DNA of 64,000 bases. It comes from Cenococcum geophilum. Lineage: Eukaryota. Both the position numbers and the translations under genes were made by a program. The DNA lies in contig CP158635.1 of NCBI GenBank assembly GCA_050273025.1, positions 21,824,001 through 21,888,000 of the forward strand, in the 5' to 3' direction. Shown in pieces: positions 11,726 to 22,968 of the stretch (its first letter is position 1; every line of letters begins with the position of its first letter). Below the pieces are notes generated by a model, which was not told the origin of the DNA, ran no database searches, and saw nothing but the letters and a program-made list of their open reading frames with translations.

Positions 11726-14700
11726 ATGGCCGAAATTGCCGCAGCAGCCACTATCATTCAACTTGTCCAGTTCAGCGGGACTGTCCTCTCAAGTTGTTAC
11801 GACTATATTAGGAAGGCCAAGAATGCTCCTGGTGATATACAGAACGTCATCAATGATATCAGCGGGCTTGAGGGCATCCTCAAGCGCCTACAATCGCTCA
11901 CCTCAGATCCTGAAGATGAACGTCATGCTCTATTAAAGTCTCTTGAGGGGCCAAATGGTGCTTTTCAAGCATCCTCCCAGGCGTTGAAGGAACTGCAGAA
12001 GAGGCTGAAATCACTTACTGAAGCTTCCAATGCTCGGAGGAGACTGACGTGGCCCCTTGAACAAAGCAAAATTGCCGAAATCTTGAACAAGTTAGGGGAA
12101 CAGAAACAGACATTCCTTTTCGCTCTCGTTGGAGATCACGCCTTCTCGGACGATGCAAATGCGGCTGAAGTTGGCAAAGTCAAGATAATGTTGGAGGATA
12201 TGAAGGTCACTGAGCAGCGGAATAAGGTTATCGGTTGGTTAAGAGGAGCTGATCCTTCCACCAACTACAACGCTGCGCGTAAGAAGCACGAAAGTGGTAC
12301 TAGTGATTGGCTACTTCATTCAGAACAATTTCAATCTTGGGAGGTAGGAGACGGCCAATTTATGTGGCTTTACGGGATACCTGGAGCGGGAAAGACGATA
12401 TTAAGGTCCGTTTCCCTGTCGCAGCCCAAGGCACCAGGACGAGTCTAATTTCTATCAAGCTCAACGGTGATCCGTCACCTTACCGCTCAATATGATAAGC
12501 GTCCAGGCTGCCGTGTCGCCTATTACTACTTCGACTTCAATGACCCCAGAAAGCAAACCGTCACCGGCTGTCTGAAGTCTCTTGTTCAACAGCTCTGCGC
12601 GCAGTCGGATAGCGTTCCCGAACCTTTATTGTCGCTCTACGAAGAGTGTAAAGGGAGTGATCCTAGCTCTGCACAGCTGACTGATGCGTTGACATCCATG
12701 CTGAGTACCTCATCAAGAGATTTCATCGTCATTGATGCTCTGGATGAATGTAAAGAAGAGGAAGGGGAACGAGAGCGAGAGGCCTTTTTCGAAGCTTTGG
12801 CTAGTATCAAAACGTTGGCAACGGGGTCTTACTGCATCTTCGTTACGAGTCGCCCGGAACTGGACATTCGACGCGAAATGATGGTACTTGGAGATATGGT
12901 CTTGGAGGTGTTAGGGACCTTAGTGAATGAAGATATCCGATTGCATGTCAAAGCGTATCTAGCGAAAGATGCCCGAATGAAAAAATGGCCAGCAAATGTG
13001 AAAGAAGAGGTTGTAGATGCTCTCACGGACAAAGCAAACGGGATGTAAGTATTTCGTAACCTGTAAAGGACAAAAGCTAATTCTGCTAAGGTTTCGATGG
13101 GCTGTATGTCAGCTAGATTCTCTCCGAACCTGTCTCAAACCAAAGCTACCAACTATAAAACAGAAACTGGATGACCTTCCAAGAACCTTGGAAGGTACCT
13201 ACGAAAGGATCTTCAAAGATATGCCACCCGATTACGAAAGGGAGATGCGAACCATTCTTATGCTTTTGGCATTCTCCACTAGGCCAATGACAATCCAGGA
13301 AGTCGCAGAGGCGACTGCTGTGGACCTCGAAGCCCAGAAGTTCTCCGTCGAGGAAAGATTTCCTGACCCTTACGATATCCTGGAGCTTTGTTCAAGTCTT
13401 GTGTCCTTGTCAGAGCCCAGCTCGGACCCAACGTCAGACTTGAAAAAAGAAAGAGGCTTTTCAAGCATCCCGTGGGCACCTGATGTCAAGATGCTCCAAT
13501 TTGCGCACTTTTCAGTCAAAGAATACATCCTTTCAGAGCGGGCCCAAAAGGCTATGGCCGCAAAATTGCATATCGAAGAGTCTGTCTGTCAGCGGCAGAT
13601 CACCGAGATGTGCTTGATATACCTGCTTGACTTTAACGGCAGTCAAAGAGCGAGCAATTTCGACCATGACGAGTTCCCTTTGCTCGCTTATTCCTCCCTA
13701 CATTGGATCACGCATATGCGCGCAGTGCCTGCGAGTGGGAGAAATTCTGTTGAAGGTCTGCTCGTCCGGTTATTCGACCCTGATCATCCCGAGAGTCTCA
13801 TGAACTTCCTCAACCTCTACGACCCTGCATCAGTCTGGAGCCTATATGACGACGGAAAGATCGTTTCGATGGGGTTTAACTTGAAACGCAACAGGCAAGA
13901 CTTCGAAACCCCCTTGTATTACGCCTGCTACTACGGACTTCTTCCCATTGCAACATGGTTACTAAAGGGCTCTGACACTGGACTAAAGAAAGAGGAACTG
14001 GGATCAGCTCTCGGTGCAGCTGCCGTTGAGGGTCATCCTGATATTGTGCAGATATTATTAAACGAAGGAGCGGATCCCAATACGCCTTACTGTGCCGTAT
14101 ACCACCGCCCTTTGCATGCGGCCGCAGAAGGCGGACATGTAAGCATAGTGAAGCTGCTTCTCGCAGTCGGCGCCGAGGTCAAAGCTCAGGATGGGGAGGG
14201 CGTCACTGCACTCCATCTTGCGGCGAAGCAAGGCAATCCTGAGGTGGTTCAGTTGCTCGTTGATGCTGGACATGAGATGGACGTCCGGGCTTTGAGAATG
14301 GGAAATCCCCTTTGTCTGGCTGCTCGGCACGCGAACAGCGAGGCTCTAGCGGCTCTGGTGCGCAACGGCGCTGACGTGAACGCATATTCTGGGCGTTACT
14401 TCTCGGCACTGACCACCGCCTGTGAACGTGGCAGCGCAGATTCTGTGAGGATCCTCCTGGATGCCGGTGCTGAAGTCAACACACTGCGTTCGTCGGAGAC
14501 CCCGCTTCACAGTGCGGCGGAACGAGCCGACCTGGAAATTATGCGCCTACTTATTGCCAGAGGTGCAGATGTTGACGGAAGTGGCGGGACGTATGGCACT
14601 CCTCTTAAGGCTTCGATCCAATCCCGCGAACCTGAGTCTTTCCAATTCATGTTGGACAGCGGCGCAGATATCAACGCGCAGGGTAGCACATCGAAATTCC

Positions 14701-17069
14701 CGGTCGATCAGGCTATCTTCGGTGGCAATCTCGCTGCAGCGGACAAACTCTTGGATTTGGGAGCGCAATTTGGTGACGATGCTCTCCTCGAGGCTTTGGA
14801 TTATCATAGCAAAGAATACCTGGCCAAGAGACTCCTGGACCTTGGGGCAAACCCAAATGCGGAACATAAGAACCAAGGCAACGTACTCCAATTTGCCGTG
14901 GTGTCGAGTTCCGAAGACGCAGTGCGATGGCTTCTCGAGGCAGGCGCAGATGTCAACGCCGTTGAAGGCGAGTATGGAACCGCACTGCAAGCTGCTTGTT
15001 ACCTAGGAAGCAAGAGCGGAGTGCATCTGCTGTTGGATTATGGAGCTCATGTCAATATGCCAGCTTGCGGCAACTATGGGAATGCTTCACAAGCCGCTGT
15101 GGAAGGGGGAAACGAGTCGGTCGTCCAGTTACTTCTCAACCGTGGCGCTGATGTCAACGCAAGAGGAGGGAGATACGAAACAGCTCTACAAGCTGCTGCT
15201 AATAGCGGAAAGAAATCTTTGGTACAACTATTTCTTGAGAAGGACGCCGATGTTAATGCTGTAGGTGGCCGGTTTGGAACAGCTCTTTGCGCAGCTCTTA
15301 CGAGCGGACACGGGGACATTGCCAGGTTACTTCTTGAACACCAAGCCGATATCGAGGAGCAAGTTTCCGCGAAGCTCGCAAAGGCCACGGAGTCGAATTC
15401 GATGGAAGAATACTCCTCCGCAATTGCAGCGGCCGCCGGGTCGGAGAAGCCGGGGCTGATTCAGCTCTTGCTGGATCATGGCGTTGAAATCAACGCGGAC
15501 GGCGAGGCATGTGCCTCTGCTCTCTGGAATGCTGCGGTCTGCTCTGACACGGCTATGCTTAAGTTCCTGATCGCAAATGGAGCAGACATAAAGAGACACG
15601 GAGGAAATGCGATCCGTGGGGCCGTGGAAAGACATCACCCGGAACACCTTGACTTGTTACTTCGGCATGGCGCTGATGTGAATTTTGTGAATAGCAATTA
15701 TTCTTCCAACATCACAAGTCCTGGTTGCGCCTTGCAGGCCAGCATTGAGCGGGGTCGATGGGATCTCATGCACACGCTGCTGGCCGCAGGCGCGGATATC
15801 AACCTACAATGTGGCCAGTGGGGCACTGCGTTGCAAGCGGCTATCGAACGCGGGTCAAAAGAGACTGCTATGGACCTTCTCGAGAGAGGAGCCGATGTGA
15901 ATGCAAAGGCTGGCTACTGGGGAACCTCCCTGATGCAAGCGGCATATAAAGGTGACGAGGACTTGTTCCACACCTTGCTGGACCGCGGTGCGGACGTCAA
16001 CATCCAGCATGGGCGCTATGGCAACGCACTCCAAGTCGCTATTACGGGGAAATACTACGATATGGCCCACGAGCTGCTGGACCGAGGCGCAAATCCAAAT
16101 GCCCAAGGGAGACATTCGACAGCCTTGATTGCAGCATGTGGATGGGGAAAGGCTGGTCAACTCGAGCTAATAAAGCGCCTTGTGCCAATGGGAACCGATC
16201 TAAACGCATTTGACCAAAAACGCCCTGAATACACAGAGTTCAGTGCGAGTACGGTGCTCTTGAACCCGCTCGGAGCAGCCGCTTATGCTGGAAAAGATCA
16301 TATTATTCGCTTGTTGCTCGAATTAGGAGCCGATATCAATGCCCAAGGAGGTACTTACGGTAATGTCCTGCAAGTAGCCGTCATGAGCAGGCAGAACGTA
16401 GTAGTGAAACTATTGGTGGACGAAGGAGCTAATGTCAACGCTGTGGGAGGCGATTATTACACAGCTCTGCAAGCGGCGGCAGTCCAATACTCCGGTGCTC
16501 TCATCAATATGCTCCTTGAAGCTGGTGCCGACGTCAACATTGAAGGAGGATATCACGGTTCTCCGCTCCAAGCGTCCTCAAGCACAGGCGTTATGCGTCA
16601 CGTCCAGCTATTTCTCACCCGGGGCGCCAAGGTCAACACGAGTGTCGGTAAATACGGTAGCCCCCTCCAAGCCGCCGTGAAGGGAGGAAATCTGGAAACC
16701 GCCAGGCTTCTCCTGGAGAATGGTGCGGACGTGGATTTACCAGGTGGGAAATATGGCTTCCCCCTGCAAGCTGCGGCATGCGACACGACCATGGACCGGA
16801 TCAGTTCGAATGATGGTTCCAAGACCCTAGAGCTGTTGTTGGAGAAAGGTGCGGATGTCAACGCACAAGGTGGTAAGTACGGTACGGCTTTGCAGGCCGC
16901 GGCTTACCATAACCCAAAATTCGTTGAAATCCTGCTGGAACACGGAGCAGATCCGAATGCGTCGGGTGGAAAGTTTGGAAGTCCTCTTAAGGCTGCGAGG
17001 AAGAAGGGACTGAGCAGGGCTGCGAACGCATTACTGCAGAACGGTGCTAAGGATGAAATATGCGAGTAG
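11726..17069 (+). CDS. Fungal NLR-like STAND protein: HeLo-like/SesA-type N-terminus, NACHT, >20 ankyrin repeats; introns 12406-12459 and 13045-13090
   Basis: Walker A GIPGAGKTILSS, Walker B FIVIDALDEC, IFVTSR, KANGMFRWAVCQLDSL, FAHFSVKEY, then many GADVNAxGGxYGTALQAA repeats. Both introns restore the frame. Confidence 0.93.
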
Positions 17070-17476
17070 GGAGATGTTTGTACTGTTTCGCACTCTTCCA
17101 ATTTCTTACGTTTTTTTTTTCTTTCTTAATATGCTCATCTGATTTTAGTTAGACAGTCCTCTCGTACTCTTGATCAGAAGAATACCTAGTACAGAGATAT
17201 AGCATAAACGTAAAACGTTTTGACCGACGCAGATGAGATCTTCTTTTAAGCCATGACTACTACATCTAGTGGAGCTGTTAGCGTTAACGGATATATAAGG
17301 CAGTCTGCGGAGACTATTTCTTGAATTCAGAAATTACAATATGGAGGTATCGAGAATAGCAACCTGATGGAAGATTCTAGGTTTGTTTGTCCCCGCCCCC
17401 CCAAAAAAATGCCACTTTTGGGCCTCGGCTGGCTGGTTCGTTGTTGCCCTGATCCCGCCCGATTAAAATCCTTCTA

Positions 17477-17608
17477 CACCCTCTCGTCAATTCCGGTGGT
17501 TAGCGTGTTTTATTAACTTTCCCTTAAACAGCAAAAATACCAAAACTTCCCCTACAAAAAGGCCGTGCAGACGTGGCTGCGCTAACCACCGGAATTGATG
17601 AGAGGGTG
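17477..17608. mobile_element. Tc1/mariner-type MITE (132 bp, 29-bp TIRs, TA TSD)
   Basis: TA-CACCCTCTCGTCAATTCCGGTGGTTAGCG ... CGCTAACCACCGGAATTGATGAGAGGGTG-TA, with one mismatch. Confidence 0.85.
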
Positions 17609-18089
17609 TAGTAATAGCCTCTCACAAACATCGCGCCGCAATAGCTGGCAAAGGCTGGGTTCTATCGTGGCCTGTGCGGAGACGGCTTGGACGTGGTCTG
17701 CTGCTTCTACTATCTCGATCGAACAATATGGCTTTTAGCCCCGTAGAGGAAAGCTTGAGCTTTATAAGTATACGTATACAAAAGTCTGAATTTAATACCA
17801 TTCAAGGAAGAAAGCCAGGCTGTGAAAAGCTTTTGTAACTATGGCATGAGTGTTAGAGACACCCATAAGAAACCTAGGATACAGCATCAAAGATTTATAA
17901 TTCCGATTTGGCAGTCCATTTTATTGATGTGGTCGGCAACGTTACAGCCGTTATAAACTCCACTCTTAGCGATGATTGACCCCCGCCTCAGCCACATCGA
18001 TCAATAATAACTCGTGGCCGTCAGGCAGCTAAATCAATATACCTGATCGCTCTTCTTCTCCTAGCTTCTCTCCGCAATCCACAGCAAGC

Positions 18090-18836
18090 ATGGCCTGCCC
18101 TCTCTCTCCTCTAGAGAACCTCCCCTCAGAGCTTCTCTAGCAGACATTCTCCCTGGCTATGAGCGTTCAGCTTCCACGTAGCGGTCCCGCGATCGCCGCG
18201 AAGCTAACCTCTGAGCACATCTTCTAGAAATACAGCACGCAGGTCCTATTCCCCGCGGAAAAGCAAAACACCCGAAGAGCTCCTCTAGCCGGCGAAAAGC
18301 AAAACGCGCAACTCCATCCGCGGCATCCTCAAAAGCTCCAAAGCCCCCTCGCAACATTCGCGAGCGCGCCCTCTCCCCCCCACCCCCCGCCTACGACCTC
18401 CTCAACACCCGTCTCCTCACCTGGCCACGCTTCAAAGCCAGCATCGAAGCCGGCCTGTGCCCCGCGGCCGCAGGAAAAAAAAGCCCCCAGGTGCATCCGC
18501 CGTCGCCGTCTTCCTCAACGACCCGGCCTAGCCACCATACCCGCCTCGCCCTGCGCAGAAATCCGCACCACCATCTTCGCGTACCTCTCGCACCTCCGCG
18601 CCTGCACCCTCCCGCGCAAGCTGCTCCGTGCCCTCCCCCTGGACCCCGGACTTGACGCGCTTCCTCTCCTTCCTCACCTGCCTCGGCCTGCGCGCGGCTG
18701 AAGGAGGCGCGGTTTGGGATTGCGAGGAGGCTGAGGTGGGTTAGGGGCGGGAGGGAGGAGGCGAGATATGTGTGGGTGGAGGAGGAGGAGGAGGTGGTGG
18801 TGGTGAAGGGGTTTAGGGTTGGGAGAGATGGGTAGG
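18090..18836 (+). pseudogene. Disrupted gene with an F-box-like N-terminal motif
   Basis: MACPLSPLENLPSELL*QTFSLAMSVQLPRSGPAIAAKLTSEHIF*K. In-frame TAG stops fall where CAG(Q) would fit. GC-rich coding-like sequence continues with frameshifts; the 3' end is approximate. Confidence 0.5.
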
Positions 18837-19088
18837 CGGTTGTAGTGTGGATGCGGTCTGGTTGGTGGTGCGGTAGGGTGTGCGAGGCGATCGTCGGGTT
18901 TTGTGACTTAAGAGTCGGGATAGCCTTATGTTATACGAGAATATCTATATAAGGACATGACTATACTTCTCTGTGAAACTTCTATGGCTTCGGTGGTTAA
19001 GAGATGCACTGGTTAGTCTTCTCCTTCGAAGCAGTCAGCAGAAGCTTCAGGAATAAGAATTGCATTTTTCTACGGCTTACATAAGAGA

Positions 19089-19281
19089 CTCCGCTTGGTG
19101 TAGTTGGCTTATCGTAAGTCAACTCAGCCTCGAATCAAATTCGAGTTCAAGTCTAATATTCATAGACGTTCGACTGTAATTGTATTCTTGCCATCGAAAG
19201 GTCCCTAGTTCGATTCTGGTAATACCTAGGCTTCTTTAGGAATTTCAACAAATACTAACAAGTTCAAATAGGGAGCGGAGA
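19089..19281 (+). tRNA. tRNA-Tyr-GTA: tRNA-Tyr(GTA) with three introns. Exons 19089-19113, 19166-19179, 19193-19218, 19272-19281; spliceosomal-type introns 19114-19165 and 19219-19271; canonical 37/38 intron 19180-19192
   Basis: Joined exons give 75 nt: acceptor CTCCGCT/AGCGGAG plus A73 (C1:G72, A73 eukaryotic Tyr identity), D-stem GTG/CAC, anticodon stem TTCGA/TCGAA with loop CT-GTA-AA, variable loop AGGTC, T-arm CCTAG-TTCGATT-CTGGG. Confidence 0.92.
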
Positions 19282-19293
19282 CAAATGACCACA

Positions 19294-19299
19294 TTTTTT
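19294..19299 (+). terminator. RNA polymerase III oligo-T terminator of the tRNA-Tyr gene
   Basis: T6 run 12 nt after the discriminator base, with a second T run shortly after. Confidence 0.8.
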
Positions 19300-19892
19300 G
19301 TGGTGTTATTTTTTGTTACTAGCCGAGTGGATGATCATTAGCGAATCTTAGCTAAGCAGGATATACACATCTCCGAAATCTAGCGAGGCGCAATCTCATC
19401 TAGCGATCAACCAATAAGTGACCTGCCAATTAAGCAATGGAGGGATCTAAGATGGAAACTCGATATGAGACGCAGTGCAGTGCAGTACCATTCTTGTTGA
19501 AGCGTGGTATGTTGGAAAGGTTCGTTATGGCACAGCACTGTATTTTGATGATCAATTAGACACAACCAACACATACTCCAGCAGGCAATATTGTGGGTCA
19601 ATATTGCAATTAGTTCAACTCATAAATTGATATCATCATGGCTCTAAAGCGGAAATGCAGTTCTCTATTTCTACGCCCAGAAATATATTAGAGCACGTGT
19701 ATTCCCCCATAACATGACCAGTCCATCCACACCCAAGAAGTAGCGAAGGCCCAAATGCACCAGCTCTAGATGGGGATCAGCGACAACTCCAGCAACCAGC
19801 GGCAACATCATTTTACCCTAACCCGTCTCGACATGACTTAGACAGAAAAGGGACTCATGAACAAGAGAACGTACGCGCAATATAATACAAAC

Positions 19893-21853
19893 TTAACCGC
19901 TGAACTCCTTGATGTCAATCTGCTTGCCTGAGAGAGCAAGCGGCACGATGCCGCTGACGTGCATCTCTGGGCCATACACGTGCATGTTGAGTCCGAGCTC
20001 CTGACCTACGCTCTTGATGTTCTTGAGACCTTCCTGGTAGTTGGGGCCTGCACGACGGATCCAGATCTGGACGTTGTGCTCGTTGAGGATGGGAGCGACC
20101 TCACGCAGAGCGCGGATGACACCTTTGAATGTGGAGGCAACCTGTGCGATGTCAGCAGGCATTCATCCAAAAAGTTATATAGTTGTAAGACTTACGTTGG
20201 TGAAGTTGGCAATACCACCACCGATGAAGAGAACCTTGCCTTCAGGGTGGATCGGGGCCCGAAGCATGAGGTCAAGGACAGTGCGAGCGTAGTGGAAGGT
20301 CTGAGTCTCACTGGGCGCACCGGAGTATTCACCGTAGTTGGCGAGCTCGCTGGCGAATCCGGCGGAGGCGATAGCATCGGCGTACACGACGGAAGCACCA
20401 CCACCAGCAACGAGAGTCCACACGCGACCGGTGGCATTGAGAATGGTAAGCTTGAGGGAAGCACCAGTCTTAGCATCCATCTCGGCGATGTATGCCTCTT
20501 CCTTGCTCATCTCACGACCGAAAGGAGCGGGGAACTCCATTGGTGGGCCGGCGTCGATGGTGACCTTGGTGTCCTTAGAGGCAAGCTGAGGCAGGCCGAG
20601 GGCGGTTGCACTGCGAGCGATAGCCCACTTCACACCGCACTCGAACTCGGCGGTCTGGTCAAGTTTAGCAGCAAGATCCAGGAAGTGGACTTCAGCGGAG
20701 GTGGCATCGGCGTTGGGGATAACAACGAGAGGGTTGATTTCGAGGTAGCTGGAAGAGTTATGAGCAACTGATGGTTATAAAGGTGGCAGCGGGACTTACG
20801 TGAACTGGCAGTCGACATAAACGGCATATAACCTCGAGATGAAGTCAACGAGGACATTGTGCACACCCTTGGGGACCTTCTTCAAGAGGGTCGCGGCGAT
20901 TTCCTCATTTGAAGGATATTGAGTGAGGTCGACAGGAATGAGAAGCTTCTCAGCCTTCTCATCGACATCACCAACGTCAACACCACCTTCGTGGGTGAAG
21001 AGGATCCAGTCACCCTAAAAAAGGGAATGTTAGCATGATTACGTGATAGGGCCGTTGCGAACCGAGCCTTGAAGCGATGCCGCGAAAGAGTCGCAACATA
21101 TTCTAGGGAACAAAAACGATCTGCGGCAGACAAAAGGGACCGATAATAGATAATAAGCAATGCAAAGCACGAGACATGTCTGGGTGGCTGTAGGTGTGTG
21201 CTCTGTGATGGGTCTGGATAACTTTTCCCTTCGCCCGTGGGAAACAAAACCCTGGTGAACTCCCGCCGCCGCGAAGCCTGCTTTACGCCAGCCTCCAAAA
21301 CTTCACAGCACTATTTCTCCAACCAATACAACAAATAATTGTCTGTTTTGCGAAGCCAAAATGGAAATGGTTGCAATTCGAAGAAAATGCGGAAATGAGT
21401 ATTTCGACATACCTCTCGCACCGAGTTAATGTTGATGTAATATTCGGTATCCTGAGAGTGCGGCACGAATGGCTCGACCAAGAACTGCCTTAGGACACCC
21501 TCGACAGTCTCGACCTTTTGAACCTTTCCTGCTCTCGCCTCGATCCACTCGCGTGCCTCTGGCCATGTCTTGTTCAAAGCAAGAAGACCGCTCTTGCCTC
21601 GCCTCTTGATCAATTGATCGGGCTTTGCGACGAACTTCGAGTCTTTGGTGAGCAACCACGGATATGTGGCCTCGGCCTGGTCTAGGACGTCCTTGACGGC
21701 GGCATCCGCGGGGAAGTGCAGAGATGCGAGTCTAGGAGCTGGGTTGTGTGTGGCAGAGGGAGGGAGAGGAGTGGGCTTGATGACGGGAGCGCGTGTGAGG
21801 TGGTAGTTGAGGATGGCCTTGCCATCGGCTTCGAGGATGGATTTGGCAGACAT
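19893..21853 (-). CDS. acl2: ATP-citrate lyase, small (beta-like, ATP-grasp/citrate-binding) subunit; exons 21853-21413, 21014-20800, 20748-20196, 20141-19893
   Basis: [84 protein letters not shown]. Confidence 0.97.
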
Positions 21854-22968
21854 TGTGAGTGAGTTTTACTGAGGGGGAGAAATCTAGAAAGATTTGTGAG
21901 TTCTACCTTCTATCGAAAATGGGCTCGACAGCTGATGAAAAGGTAAGGCTCGAAGGGAATGGGAATATCCACAAAACAATAGTGTCTGAGAGGATTGACA
22001 GCTGCAACGATGATTGTACCCGAAGAGGACGGGAAATTATTGGACTTGGAAGGCAGGCTTATGAAAGTCCGAAGAGGCTACTCGGAGGTGCTGGTGGAAT
22101 CCCGGCCGCACATTGCAACCCGAAAAAAAAAGCGCTGAGCACTTACCTAGTCACTGTTGAACTGCAGGACTGCAGAGGGAGGGGGGAAAAGCGAAGAGAC
22201 GGTTTGGGGTGAGAAAGGCAGGGTCGGGGGGTGTCTGACAATTGAGTTTCTGGTAGTCAGGCACAGTTTAGGGATGGCACTCCAAATTGTTTTCTGGTGG
22301 GTTGACCGCAGCTTTCTTTGGGATCGCGCTAAACACCCGAAGGCCCTCACTTCGTTGGGAAAACTTGGGAAACGGACACCGAGACCTGAGCTGGACCGCA
22401 GTTTGACTGAGCTCAAAACGACGCCTCCAGTCCGGAAGGCTTTGCGCTCGACGACAAGCCGCAAAACCCAAGGTGCGACTATTTTCTACGATAAGCCCGA
22501 AGTCAGCCAGCTAGTCGTTAGGCATTTCGCAGAGTACACGGATCCCCATAATACCGCCCCGCCCCGCCCCGGCAAGTGGGAGATTATCGGCTCAACCCCA
22601 ACAACCCAACACCGAAAACCAAAAGAGTCGGACCAGAATTTCGGAGAGCGTCATCTTCATCATCCATCTCATCACAAAGCTCCACCCTTCCACTGATTTT
22701 CGAGAAGCTTTCTCTGGGACAACAAAACCCAAAAGGTCAGTTGTGCTTCCTGTTTTCTCCCCATTCTACTCCGTCCGTTTACACCGCCCCCATCACCTAC
22801 CATATTTTTTTTCTCGTATGCTCGGCTCCAATCCTCTCACGTCAGCTCAAGCTCCAGAATCCGACGAGGCTATCAAAATCCGCTGCGATCTCGATTACTG
22901 ACTAGTGTTCTAAACTCAGATAATATCACCTCTCTTTTTTACCCTGACTGTTGTCAACATCTCTCGCA
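21854..22968. promoter_or_regulatory. Divergent (bidirectional) promoter region shared by acl2 and acl1
   Basis: The two start codons are head-to-head and 1.1 kb apart. This arrangement is known for Pezizomycotina ACL genes. Confidence 0.7.

Noticed and set aside
19114..19271. The tRNA insertions as TE footprints or BHB-type introns
   Set aside because: There are no TSDs or TIRs and no bulge-helix-bulge pairing was seen. Both insertions have donor, branch and acceptor signals whose exact use restores the stems.
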